This document shows positions 28,301 through 42,440 of a stretch of DNA of 64,000 nucleotides, piece after piece (the stretch's first letter is position 1; each line of letters starts with the position of its first letter). The translations under genes and the position numbers were made by a program. The stretch is taken from contig OZ241830.1 of assembly GCA_965202585.1 (NCBI GenBank), positions 70,494,001 through 70,558,000 on the forward strand. Direction: 5' to 3'. The stretch comes from Thalia democratica. Its lineage: Eukaryota. The notes beneath the pieces were generated by a model. It made no database searches. It saw only the letters and a list, made by a program, of their open reading frames with translations, and was not told where the DNA came from.

Positions 28301-31300
28301 AAATGTTGTTATAATTCTAAACTAAATATTCTAACTTATGTTTTAGAAATTTCTTTTTTTTCTAAAAGCATTATAAAAACATACTAAAAATCATAATTAT
28401 TTTTTACCTAGACAATGTCTAATTGCGTTTAATTGTTTAAGTTATTTAGATTTGGTGATTTCAAAACCTTTTTTTTCATTAAAAATGAAATAATTTTTTA
28501 ACAGCAATTACCACTAGTTTTTTTAACATTAATTAACTTATGTAATTGAACTACATTCAAAATAAAAAACATGAATTTTTGGTATGCTTTCATACCACTT
28601 GCATTTATTTTCTTTATCGAAGCAAAGCTGTAACCTTTTACAAAACTAAACTTTTCATTTATTACTTTTTGTTTAGAAATGTTATTAAATTTCATGTATT
28701 TAAACAATCGTATGATGTTGGCATAACATTTATCTGTTTAGCATAATTATTATAGTATCCAAAAGTTTTAAACTATTTTAAAACTACTTAATTTAATTTT
28801 GCATCTCGAATTACCTTCTGTTACCTTATATAACCGTTGCTTCTCACAAACCGCTTGAAAAGCAGAATTTTTTTGAATATTTTAACAAAAAGGCTTTCTA
28901 ATCGAAATATTTATTTAAGGTCAGTTTATTTTAACAATACAATTCTTAATTTGTTTTGAATTAAAGCTGAGACCTTACTGCCAGTAAAAGTTTATCTTTA
29001 AAACACTTCTAGGAACTAGGAACCTATATTCAAAAACAGATGAATATATTTCAATTTTTCATTTCTTAAAAGTAAAACCACAAAAATTAAATTCATTAAA
29101 GTAAAATCATTATTTTTAAACTTGAGATGTTATGGTTATAAAATGCCATTATATAATAAAAAAATTCAAATTATTTTAAAAAATAAAAAAAAAAGTATTT
29201 TTTTTAGTAATCTGGTTTAAAAACCTACCAAAATTTTTGTTTTTTGAAATATACAATATTATTAATAAATGATTTGTAACTTATCTAATTTATTTTGAAA
29301 GTCATGTAATGTTCTTTCAATATTTAAAAATTTATCTTCATTTTTTTTTACTAGATTAAATCTATTAAGGTGTGGTGAAAATTTTTAAAGTCTTCGGAAA
29401 TGATGATAACATCATAATTATATTTACAGCATTCTTTTAAAATATAGTAATTTTACTGTTTAATAATTCTTATTAAATTTTTAAAAAAAGTTAAACGAAA
29501 CATTTTACTGGTTTCTCGTCCTTACAATCTTAATTTTTTAAAGTTTGTGTAAAATTATAATTAAATTTCAAATGAAAAGTTATGATTAACTTAGTTTATC
29601 AACTACACTAATATGAAATTTAAGATAAGGTTAAATTTTATTATTAAACCTACTATTTCAACTTGCAATGCTTTTTTTTGATGACACAAGTTTTTTTATT
29701 TATGAAATTCTAGTTCTTTTATGAAACATGATTTTTCATATCACAGCTGCGTGTCTTAACAATGTATTAAGAATTGTAATCATATTAACTATGTGATGTA
29801 TATTGATTTAAAGAAAAACATATTCTTGTGTGATTACTTGTTAATTATGTTTTGATTCTTGTTTTATATATAGTAAGTATTTTTCTCAGAAACATTTAGT
29901 TTTTGTTTATCTAACTTAGTTTTATTATGATTTTACTTTTAGTAGTGTTATAGAGTAGTGTTTTGTTAAAACGGCTTCAATATATACCATTTTAAATGTT
30001 TTTTTTTATATATATAATAACAATAATTATACAAGATCAGAGCTCATTAAAATTCTCAGTATTTAGTAAGTTATGAAAGATTTTTGTTTATTTTAAGAGA
30101 ATTTTGCATTAAAATGTTTTTTACGACGAACTCTAATCTTTTATATCATGATTTAAAACTATTTATTGAACTTCTTAAAAAAATTTTTTGAACAAACATG
30201 TTAAACTATAAAAACTTGTACACATTACTTTTAGAACAATGTTACTTATACTCGTAAATTGTTTATTTTTGTTAAGGTTGATGTTGTTAAAAATATTTAT
30301 TTTAAATTTTAATACAAAAAAATATTAAAAATGTGTTTTTTTTAATCTTTTTGAGTTAAAGAAATAACTAAGTTTTTACCTTAAGTAACTGACTGTATGT
30401 TATAAATTTAAATTTAATTGTAGTAACACTTTAAATTAGAATTTAAATATTAATGATTGATTAATTTTAGCTTAACAGTTTTAATAATATCAGAGTAGAA
30501 TGTAATCATAAAAGAATAAACTCGTAAAAAAAAAGTAAGAGTGGTTCGCAATTATTTTATAACTATTTAGAAAAGTATAAAAACACAACCTCGTTATACA
30601 ATTTTAGCTTACTAAAATAACAATAAACATATTTTTGTTTTTACATTCTTTGTTGTGAACAACAACAAGAAAAAAAGTTTTAAAAAATTTAAAAATTATT
30701 AAAAAAGCTTATATCATCAAAAATACTAACAGAATGAATCTAAATATAACAAAAAATAAGAATATTACTAAATAACTTAAGCAAGTTTTGATCGCCTTTG
30801 TTTGTAAAATTTAAAATTAACATGACTTTTTTATAATTGATATCGGTATCGATAATATATTAAGAAGAATTATTTAAACTGTTTATAAATACGTTTTATT
30901 TTACTTCTGATATCAAATTTGGTTTCATTGTTATCTTAACAAAGTTTCGAACGTTATATCTTTAGTATAAATTATACCGCAGCTTTTAAATTTGTATTCT
31001 ATGAGCAATATTTTTATTGTCAATAGCTTTAAGTGTTGATAGTCAAAAAAGTATTATCAAAATCACTCATAAATCAAGTAAAAACTTTTTTAAAATTTTA
31101 ATTTCTTTTCAACAACTTCTAAACTGTTTGTTTTTAAAACTTTTACAACACAAAAATTGTTCAGCAACTAGTAATCGAAAAATTGAAAGAGATTTCTTTT
31201 TTGTAAGTCTATAGTTCGTATATAATGTTCGTTTGTAATTTGTCTATGTCATCAAGTATATAAAACAATCAAATGATTTTTTTAAATATCTTGTTATACT

Positions 31301-34300
31301 AGTTTGTACTATTGAGTATTATACCACCGTATTTTCTTCATTATATCTTTTTAAAATAAATGATAGTTATTAAATCAAATTAAGTCTAAGTTCACAAGTT
31401 GTTGCTGTTAAAATCGCCTCACAGCAACTTGACTTGCAGCAAATCAGTGCTTTTTTCACTTGAGCTTGCAAGCTTGAATAACCTTTTTTTTCTCTCTCTT
31501 TTCAGCAACTTGTCTGTTATTCGACGGGTTTCAAAAGCATTGAGCCTTCGGCATTAGCATTTCTTTCATGGTAAATTCCTTTTCACTGGCCTTACATTCA
31601 ATTAAATGTTACATTTATTTAAAATGATTTTTAATAAGTTTTACTGTTCGAATTAGTTCGGGAGACTTCGGGAATTTTTGGAATTTATAAAATGTATGTT
31701 TTTTTTAATTGCCCGATAATCGATTCAAAAGTTCAAACTAATTTGTTTTAAAAACTTATATTAAATAACTATGCCATAGTTTTAATTTATGTTTTTATAA
31801 AAGTTTTTTCTTCCAAATATTTTAAATTGTAGTTATATATTTATATTTTAAAATATCTTGATTTATTGTATCTCAATTGTATTCTATTGTATTTCAAAAA
31901 ATAATGTTAAAACGAATTTTATATTTTCGAATCATTTAACCATGTATTATTTGCAATGTAGTAACAAATTAATATATTCTTAACGTATGTTTTTATAAGT
32001 TTGTTCATTAATGATTAATTTTTAAATCTCTGTAATCTTATTAACCTAACTTAAACAATAGAAATTGTTTTAATGAACACATGTCTGAAAAATTATATCA
32101 TAATTCAAAGTTAAACGAGGATAAAAAAAAATATTGTAAAACAGTTTCCGTTCTTAATTATGTATAAAATGATAAATTATGAACAATTTTATACATAGTT
32201 TCAGGTTTATAAAAACATGATTTAAGAAAAATTGGCGAAACCAAGAGTTAAAAAATAATTGGTAAAGACGTATTTTTAAAAATATTGCAACATAAAGCAT
32301 TTGTAATTTGCTAACAAGCCTTTGATTTTTGTCTTAATATGAATGTGACTAAGTCATTTAGGGTTTTTAAAGTAAAATTTTATTTCTTAAGTTAGTCGGT
32401 GAGAACACTGTAATAAATGTTTTTTTTTTTTATTAACAGGTTTTAGTGCTTTTATGTGCCAATTACTTTGATCTAGCAGAGTTGTTTACTTTAATTTCTT
32501 TTTTTTTTTTAATTTTTATATACTGAGTTTTGATCTTTTAAAGCTTAATCTAAGCAAATTAAAGTTTTCACCTTTCTCAAAAACTCTAGACACCACGCTT
32601 TAGAATTTTAAATAACTCGTGAAGTATTGAAATTTGATTTTAATTTAATTTTTAAGCACACATAAGTAAAATTTCTATGAATAACTTTATAGAAAAACAT
32701 AACAAAGAACCAAACAATGTTTCATTTAAATAACTGTCAATTTTAATTGGTTATTGTTCTAAACTATAATTAAGATAATTGGTTTCACTTTTTGTCATGC
32801 ATGTTTTATCAGTCATTTTAAACACACGATTAAAAATAACTAGTGGTGAATTCAAAAAACTAGCAAATTTTATAAGAAACATACTTTTTTGAAAACGTTA
32901 CATTATAAAGTTATTTTTATTTTGCTGCGAATCGTTCCGGTTTATTATTATCGTAAGTGTTATGACAACAACCATGTAAAAAAGAGGTCACTTTGGTTTG
33001 CTAATAACTGTTTCAACAATGAAGAATTTAAATGCTAATGAAAGAATTTGAATAAAATTTTATTTTGATTGATTGTTAAATCAATTTCATTTATTTATAT
33101 TTTAAACTTAAACTGATATTAATTTAGTGATTAGCTTACTATAAAATTTTTTTGTTATAAATTGCTGTCATTTTAAGATCATTGATAAAAATAAATAAAA
33201 AATGTTGTTATAATTCTAAACTAAATATTCTAACTTATGTTTTAGAAATTTCTTTTTTTTCTAAAAGCATTATAAAAACATACTAAAAATCATAATTATT
33301 TTTTACCTAGACAATGTCTAATTGCGTTTAATTGTTTAAGTTATTTAGATTTGGTGATTTCAAAACCTTTTTTTTCATTAAAAATGAAATAATTTTTTAA
33401 CAGCAATTACCACTAGTTTTTTTAACATTAATTAACTTATGTAATTGAACTACATTCCAAATAAAAAACATGAATTTTTGGTATGCTTTCATATCACTTG
33501 CATTTATTTTCTTTATCGAAGCAAAGCTGTAACCTTTTACAAAACTAAACTTTTCATTTATTACTTTTTGTTTAGAAATGTTATTAAATTTCATGTATTT
33601 AAACAATCGTATGATGTTGGCATAACATTTATCTGTTTAGCATAATTATTATAGTATCCAAAAGTTTTAAACTATTTTAAAACTACTTAATTTAATTTTG
33701 CATCTCGAATTACCTTCTGTTACCTTATATAACCGTTGCTTCTCACAAACCGCTTGAAAAGCAGAATTTTTTTGAATATTTTAACAAAAAGGCTTTCTAA
33801 TCGAAATATTTATTTAAGGTCAGTTTATTTTAACAATACAATTCTTGATTTGTTTTGAATTAAAGCTAAGACCTTACTGCCAGTAAAAGTTTATCTTTAA
33901 AACACTTCTAGGAACTAGGAACCTATATTCAAAAACAGATGAATATATTTCAATTTTTCATTTCTTAAAAGTAAAACCACAAAAATTAAATTTATTAAAG
34001 TAAAATCATTATTTTTAAACTTGAGATGTTATGGTTATAAAATGCCATTATATAATAAAAAAATTCAAATTTTTTTAAAAAATAAAAAAAAAAAGTATTT
34101 TTTTTAGTAATCTGGTTTAAAAACCTACCAAAATTTTTGTTTTTTGAAATATACAATATTACTAATAATTGATTTGTAACTTATCTAATTTATTTTGAAA
34201 GTCATGTAATGTTCTTTCAATATTTAAAAATTTATCTTCATTTTTTTTTTACTAGATTAAATCTAATAAGGTGTGGTGAAAATTTTTAAAGTCTTCGGAA

Positions 34301-37300
34301 ATGATGATAACATCATAATTATATTTACAGCATTCTTTTAAAATGTAGTAATTTTACTGTTTAATAATTCTTATTAAATTTTTAAAAAAAGTTAAACGAA
34401 ACATTTTACTGGTTTCTCGTCCTTACAATCTTAATTTTTTAAAGTTTGTGTAAAATTATAATTAAATTTCAAATGAAAAGTTATGATTAACTTAGTTTAT
34501 CAACTACACTAATATGAAATTTAAGATAAGGTTAAATTTTATTATTAAACCTACTATTTCAACTTGCAATGCTTTTTTTTGATGACACAAGTTTTTTTAT
34601 TTATGAAATTCTAGTTCTTTTATGAAACATGATTTTTCATATCACAGCTGCGTGTCTTAACAATGTATTAAGAATTGTAATCATATTAACTATGTGATGT
34701 ATATTGATTTAAAGAAAAACATATTCTTGTGTGATTACTTGTTAATTATGTTTTGATTCTTGTTTTATATATAGTAAGTATTTTTCTCAGAAACATTTAG
34801 TTTTTGTTTATCTAACTTAGTTTTATTATGATTTTACTTTTAGTAGTGTTATAGAGTAGTGTTTTGTTAAAACGGCTTCAATATATACCATTTTAAATGT
34901 TTTTTTTTATATATATAATAACAATAATTATACAAGATCAGAGCTCATTAAAATTCTCAGTATTTAGTAAGTTATGAAAGATTTTTGTTTATTTTAAGAG
35001 AATTTTGCATTAAAATGTTTTTTACGACGAACTCTAATCTTTTATATCATGATTTAAAACTATTTATTGAACTTCTTAAAAAAATTTTTTGAACAAACAT
35101 GTTAAACTATAAAAACTTGTACACATTACTTTTAGAACAATGTTACTTATACTCGTAAATTGTTTATTTTTGTTAAGGTTGATGTTGTTAAAAATATTTA
35201 TTTTAAATTTTAATACAAAAAAATATTAAAAAAAGAGTTTTTTTTAATCTTTTTGAGTTAAAGAAATAACTAAGTTTTTACCTTAAGTAACTGACTGTAT
35301 GTTATAAATTTAAATTTAATTGTAGTAACACTTTAAATTAGAATTTAAATATTAATGATTGATTAATTTTAGCTTAACAGTTTTAATAATATCAGAGTAG
35401 AATGTAATCATAAAAGAATAAACTCGTAAAAAAAAAGTAAGAGTGGTTCGCAATTATTTTATAACTATTTAGAAAAGTATAAAAACACAACCTCGTTATA
35501 CAATTTTAGCTTACTAAAATAACAATAAACACATTTTTTTACACTCTTGGTTGTGAACAACAACAAGCAAAAATTTTTTAACAAATTTAAAAGGTATTAA
35601 AAAAAGATTATATCATCAAACATACTAACAGAATGAATCTAAATATAACAAAAAAATAAGAATATTACTAAATAACTTAAGCAAGTTTTAATTTCCTTTG
35701 TTTAAAAAATTTAAAATCTACATGACTTTATTATTTTTTATATTAGTATCTATAAAATTTTAAGAAGAATTATTTAAACTGTTTACAAATACGTTTTATT
35801 TTATTTCTGATATCAAACTTGGTTTCATTGTTATCTTTCTCATAGTTTCGAACGTTATATCTTGAGTAAAAATTATATCGCAGCTTTTAAATTTGTTTTC
35901 TATGAGCAATATTTTTATTGTCAATAGCTTGAAGCTAGTCCAAAAAGTGATATCAAAATTACTCATAAATCAAGTATGTGTTGTTTTAAATTTCACTTTC
36001 TTTTTAACAACTTCTAAACTGTTTGTTTTTTAAAATTTTACAACACAAAATTTGCTTAGCAACTAGTATACGAAAAATTGCAAGAGATTTATTTTTTGTA
36101 AATCTATAGTATTATAAACTTAGTTTTCAAAAAGTTTTGATTTAGCAAAGTTCAAAAAATTTTAATTATTTTTTTTTATATACCATTTAGTAATATTAAA
36201 ATAGAATTACATTTCTGACGTTCTTACAAATGTACGTCAAATGAGCTGATTTGTAATAAATATTTCATCAAATTACTTCCGCATTACGTTATACTTGACT
36301 GACATCAACAAGAATTGTGAGGCTTATCGATTTGTTGACGTCTAACTTTTGCACTTTTACTTGCACAGATTTAAGAATTTTAAGCATCATTTAGGTATCT
36401 CATTATTGTCGCTAAGCAAAAATATCTATAAACTAATTACTATTAAGTAAAAAATTGAACTTGAACTATAATATTAAAGTAAATGCAGCGTTTTAGGCAT
36501 CCCCTAAATAAAATAACTTTTCGCTTATTTTCAAAAATTTATATTGATGCGTCTAGAATATTTGCTGAGCATAATTTATTTATACTTGACTGACAGACAG
36601 ACGTATAACGACACTTTTTCCAATAAATTCATATCATTGCATGTATGTAAAAAAAAATTGATTCTATTAGATTTACAAAATATTTAACAAGTTTTGAGTA
36701 ACTTGTAAAATTTAAATATGCTGTAAAACTGGCTGCTTATTTTAAAACTACATTAAAACTGTTTTTTAATAAATGTTTATTTTAAAAACTTTACATAAAA
36801 AAGCAACATATTTTCTTTATTTCTTCTTGTTTTTTTTTAAGATAATAACTTAATAGTAAATAGCTATATAGAAAACACGTATTGACTTGAATTGTCCTCT
36901 TATAAAACAAAATCATAATATTCAAATGTATTTAAACATAGTAGGGTATCTTTTGTATATGTTTTAAAATAATATACATACTTATTGAAAACACTAACTT
37001 ATCGGTATTTTGTTTGTGTCTGCTTATCAATTTAGCATTGTTGAACTTATTTTAAAGAAAAAAAAAAGAGTCTTGTAGAGTAGATTAGATAGATATTTTG
37101 TTTAATAGAACAGCATTAATTCATCATAATTGTGTTATTATTAACATATTTATTCATCTTTATATCAATCAAATATATTAAATCTTTAATGACTACAATC
37201 TTTAAAAATGTTTAAGATATAAAGTATAAAAGTTTTAGAATTAGTAAAGTATTAACGTATTTCAGCGTAAAATTTTTTGAAAACTATTTAATTAGTTCTT

Positions 37301-38830
37301 TAGATATCTTAAATGTTTAAAATAAGTAAAAATAAATAAACTTAATAAAAACCAATTAACCTTCTTAAAATTATATCTGAATTTAAAATGTTTAGTATTT
37401 ATAGACTACTAAAAGTAAATGTTACTTAGTGAAATTTTAAATAACATTAACCTTGTTTTTAAGAATTTAGAAAGAAACCAGTTATATTTTACAAATGTTA
37501 TAAGAATAAAAAGTACAAAATTGTTTTATTTAGTAATTCATATTACTTGGTTAAAAGAGATGCTTAAATTTTTGATTTTTTAATAAATAAAAATATTTGA
37601 TTAATATCACTTATTATTTTTCTGTACCGAAAAAAAACTTTTAAACTTGTATAACATTTTAAAACAAGTGCACTTATTTATTGATGATGGAATATAAAAC
37701 AAAAGTTAATAAGAACATTTTTAAAACTTTTATAATATTGAATAGGTGAATGCGTTAAATTTTAAACACTTATTACTTTTATTAACATCGCTTATCTAAT
37801 TAATTAACGCTAATAAATTTAATTAACATTTTATTTCTTATATGCGTCAATTAATTAGGATATTTATATAAATAAACAATAAAGACCTTATATGACCTGT
37901 TGTTATTACTGATGATTTAATTTTATATAAAATTGATATTATTTTTGTCAGTATTCGTTTTATAACTAAACCTTATTATTTAAAGCTTTTTTACTTTTCT
38001 TATAAAATGTTGTTTAATGTTATTAGTTCTTTTTTTAAAAGTAAAATTCCGATACACAAAAAGTGATAAGTCTATTGAACTTTTAAAATACATGTACTTA
38101 ACAAAACTTTAAATAAACAAAAAATGTCACATAAAATCAAATTTATTTAAATTTTTTCTAAGTTAAGAAAACTGACTTAAAAAGCAGATCTCAGATTGAA
38201 AATTTAAAAAACAAACGGAAGTTTCAATTTTAAACTAAACTATCGGTATGCATTTATATTTAGAATATAGTTAACAACGCAAAAAATTTAAAAAAAATAT
38301 TTTATGAAAACAAAATATACTTTTTAATATGTTTTTTAATGATGAGTTCTAAACTTAGTTTAGAACTTAAAAAATGTTTTGCTACGCTTTTATTTACGCA
38401 TGTTTTCAAAAAATATCAAAACAATTTCAAAGAAGCGACATAATTGATAATATCAAACATCAAGTGGTTTGATAAAATCACAGAGAAGTTGCAAAAATCT
38501 GCAAATGTTTTAATAACAATTACGTAATTCCAAAGAGTGTTTTCATCAATATAAACTATTTGTTGCCTTTTATCTCTCAATAACAAAAATATTTGTCAGT
38601 CAAAGTATATTTTTGCACTCATCAATCGCAATTCGGTTAAATTGTGTGAAAAATATTAGCTTGAGGTTATATTTGACGTAAATGAATAATGTAAATCAAG
38701 CTATTATTCACTGATGTAGAAAATAAATTGTATGCGATATGTCTTTCATTTTGATTTCCGGCAACAATTTTCTATTTGTTTAGTAGTATTACCATTTTGT
38801 TTTTTTAGTTATTACATCATTTTTTAAAGT
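22385..38830 (+). repeat. Copy 3 of macro-repeat, enlarged by a 4.9-kb internal tandem duplication
   Basis: Same marker order as copy 1, with markers ggtaaattccttttcactggcct (26673/31571) and aatcgttccggttt (28031/32930) each present twice. Confidence 0.95.
26327..36110 (+). repeat. Recent direct tandem duplication of ~4.89 kb (26327-31215 and 31224-36110)
   Basis: Near-identical text at offset ~4897-4899; duplicated ORF pairs 28498/33397 and 28546/33445. 8-nt filler tcgtatat at the junction. Confidence 0.97.
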
Positions 38831-39629
38831 AATTTTTATAGTAAAAACTATTATATGATTGTATTTTATTTCACTAATTAAACTAACCAAGAAATTTATT
38901 TGTCATTAACCGTAACGGTTTCTGTTTTATAAAACGTTTCAATTTATGCATAAAATTTACTTCTTTAAATAAGCTTTAATTTTTATATAACTTTGTAGAC
39001 TAGAAAATGTGCAAGAAAAATAAAATAATAAAATATGTTTTTATTGTATTTCAAAAAATATTTATCCACAAGATATATAACTAAATGATCTATTAAAAAT
39101 TAGAACATGTGATGACTTAAGCGTTTATTAATATGTAAAATGCCCCTTTGTCAAATTTGTTTTCTGCTTTGCTAATATATTATAATATTTAAGCTTCAAA
39201 CTAAAAAAAAACTTTATTTTTCTGTTAATGAACAGCAAAAATTTTGAAAGATAGTTGTTATTGACAACCGATAAATAAACATTTTTAGTCTCATTAAGTT
39301 AGATCAAGATGAATTAGGTAAATGCCAAAAAAAACTTGTAAAGTACATTTGTCAAGGAATTTAATACAGCTTACTTCAAAAAAGAGTAAGCTAAATACAA
39401 GTATTAAAACTTGAAAAGTTAAGACTGTAGAGATAAGTAAAAGAGTTCATTTTAGTTATAAAGTAAATCCTTAAATAAAATAATAATTTTATATTTAATC
39501 ATAAAAGCTTTTATTAAATTAACTGAAAATATTAATCAGCGTAATACCAATACAACAAATATATATTTGCACTTGCTTTTCTAAGTATTAGAATACATGA
39601 ATAATTTGCAGTGTTTTTTATCTAATTTT

Positions 39630-41205
39630 TGTGACTTAATAAGCGTATCATTGAAAAATTAAATTCTAAAGCATGCAAATACACCGTAGGTATAGCGTGC
39701 AAAACTTTGTAATTATCAAAATTTATTCGTATTACCTTTTTTATTACAGCACAGTTTATTATTTAAAAGATTTAATCTACACTTTTTAAAGGGTAATTCA
39801 AATATCTTGGGTCGCACTGATTGTACTTTTTGTTTTTTTACTCACGAAAACTTTAGTTTAAAGTAAAATAACTTTATGTAATGTTTTCCCAAGTTTTGTT
39901 TAACATAAATAAAAGATTTGAAATTGTGGTACTTATTTATTTTGATAATAAGTACATTATAATAAATAATTATTAGTTGTTTAAAGCTAAAGTTTGATTA
40001 AACAAGTAACATACATTAATGTTTGAACTTTTTAGTTAGAAAAACAAATAAAACACGAAATAGAAAATTTAAATATAAAAATTAAAATAAAGAATTAAGA
40101 TACAAGATTTAAAAAATATTTAGACTCTATTAACTTTTAAATTGACATCATAATACCAAATACTTAAATAATAAAATTTCTTACATAAAATATTTATATC
40201 AACATTGTAAGGTATAAGGTATAATTTAATAATAAAGTTTTTATGGCTTACTTGATACAATTTTTAAAAAATAACTTTCTTTTGGTTGTTAGTAGTGAAT
40301 ACAACAACTATTGTTTTTAAAACTATTTTTCTACCAGTTCAAGTAAAACTGACCAAGTCAAAACCTACTAAAATCAAAAACTATCTTACTATATAGGTCA
40401 ACAACATGCATTATTTCTTTAAAGTCGTCCGTGGCATACTTCTTTATTAGTTATGCCATCATTAGAAAGTTTGTTTACATTTTCGCCGAAATATCTCAAG
40501 TATGCACGATAAATCTACCTTGAAATCTTGCTAGACAGTCACAAAAGAATTCAATTTTTGCGTGTCCTTAAAAGTTTTAAATCAAATTTTTTAGGCATAT
40601 CAGTGTTAAGATCGTTTATTTTTTCACACTTTGCACTTTTTTCTGTACAACTAATTTGTAATTGATATAGATTTGCTACAAAACGCACAGCTCAAACAGA
40701 GATATTTTTAATTTTTGCCTTGAGGTACGCATCTATTTGCTTTGTTACTCATGACTTTGGCTTTTTAAAACTCAAAATTAAATAGTTTGCGACCTTTTAT
40801 TCTTCAATAATAAAACAAAACAAAACTTTAGAAATGGTAGTGATTTACATTCAATTATACTTAAATTAAATGCAAATCGACTTTAAATGGCTCTTACTGA
40901 CATTCTCTTTAGTTAGTCGTTAAGTTTATTATATTCCAACATTTAACATTCATTATAGTTTTTATGATCCAATATGAAATTTTTATAGAGTTTATTGTGC
41001 TTAATGGGTTTTAAAATGTAATAAAAAATATTATTATTTAACAGTTTAACTGTTATTATTTAACAATTTAAAAACTTTCAAAATTATCTGCATACTCGTT
41101 TACAACTCAATATTTGGCCATTGTATCACAAGACGAGCATAGATATTATGAAAAGCTCAAACCTTTAAATTTATATGGTAGATTAAGCTTCACGTAATTT
41201 AAAAA
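39630..41205 (+). repeat. Partial copy 4 of macro-repeat
   Basis: Matches copy 3 at ~24400-25940 (aagcgtatcattg..., atagtttgcgaccttttattc, aagcttcacgtaattt). Confidence 0.9.
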
Positions 41206-42168
41206 AATGAAAAGCATATTATAATCGCTGCTTTGTAAAATGCTAAGCAATGTTATTGTAGCATACTTTTCGTTTATAAATTAAAAGTTTCTAATTGTTT
41301 TAAAGTTTTATGTAAACAGTTCACAGTATTACTCTTTCTACTTTAAACATTCTATCTTATTAAGAACTAAATGTTTTTTTAATAAAAAGCAGTATCTTTT
41401 GTTCTGTTGTTTTTGTTTTATTAAATAGTTGAGACAGCTTTTTTCTATGGTTTTATTAAACTAGTTTAATTGTATGTGTACTAATATAATAAAAGCCATC
41501 TAATTTCTTGTATAAAAAGGCCATCAAACTATTCATTCTCCATTAAAGGTCACTTTAATTTTGATAAACTAATCTTTGTTTTTAAAATTTTCGATACTTT
41601 AATTTGTACAAAACTATATCCGATTTTACAAATACAAAGCTTTAAAATAAGTTTAAAATATGTTAAAGATAAATGAATCGTTTTTTATTTTTGTTTTTAT
41701 TCAGTAATAAGCTATATTAGTGAAGTATAATTTGTTATACAAGGTTAAGAATGTTTATGATAAAAAAAACTCAAATTTAAATAACATGAAGTTATACAGA
41801 CCTGATGTGCTATTATAAAACAAACAGTGTTATTTTACTTTATATAGGAAATAAAAATTTCACCAAGTCTTATATCTTTATTTAAATTATACATCTGAAT
41901 AAATTATATTTTTATAACAAGTGTTTGAAATATATTTAAAATACCGCTGTTTTTTTACAATCGCACACAAGTATCTGGATTTAAAAATTTTAAAAAATAA
42001 ATTTGCTTAATGATTTATATTAAAACAAATTTCCATAAAAAGTTTTGAAACGTTATGCAATCAAAAAAACTAATAGTTTTAAATTTATAAATTGAAATAG
42101 TTTAGTGTTTTTTTTTTTTTTGATTAAGTAATTTTGCACTAAACATTGTAGTCAATAAGTTCATTGTC

Positions 42169-42440
42169 TATATAAAAAGCACATTAGTTTAAATTACACA
42201 TTGTACAAAACTTAAAACTTTATACTTAATAATAAATAACTCAGTTTCTTAAACTACAATAGTACAAAACGAAAATGAGTAATTCGTTGTTTACTAATAT
42301 ATAAAAAGCACATTAATTCAGAATTACACAAATACACAAAACTTAAAACTGTATACTTAATAATGAATAACTCAATTGCTTAAAATGCAATAGTACAAAA
42401 CGAAAATGAGTAATTCGTTGTTTACTAATATATAAAAAGC
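42169..42440. repeat. ~130-bp tandem repeat, about 2.1 copies
   Basis: tatataaaaagc recurs at 42169, 42298 and 42429, with tagtacaaaacgaaaatgagtaattcgttgtttactaa in both full units. Confidence 0.95.

Noticed and set aside
28498-28746. Short ORF pair duplicated at 33397-33645
   Set aside because: Present twice only because of the recent duplication; no recognisable motifs and not preserved as ORFs in copy 1.
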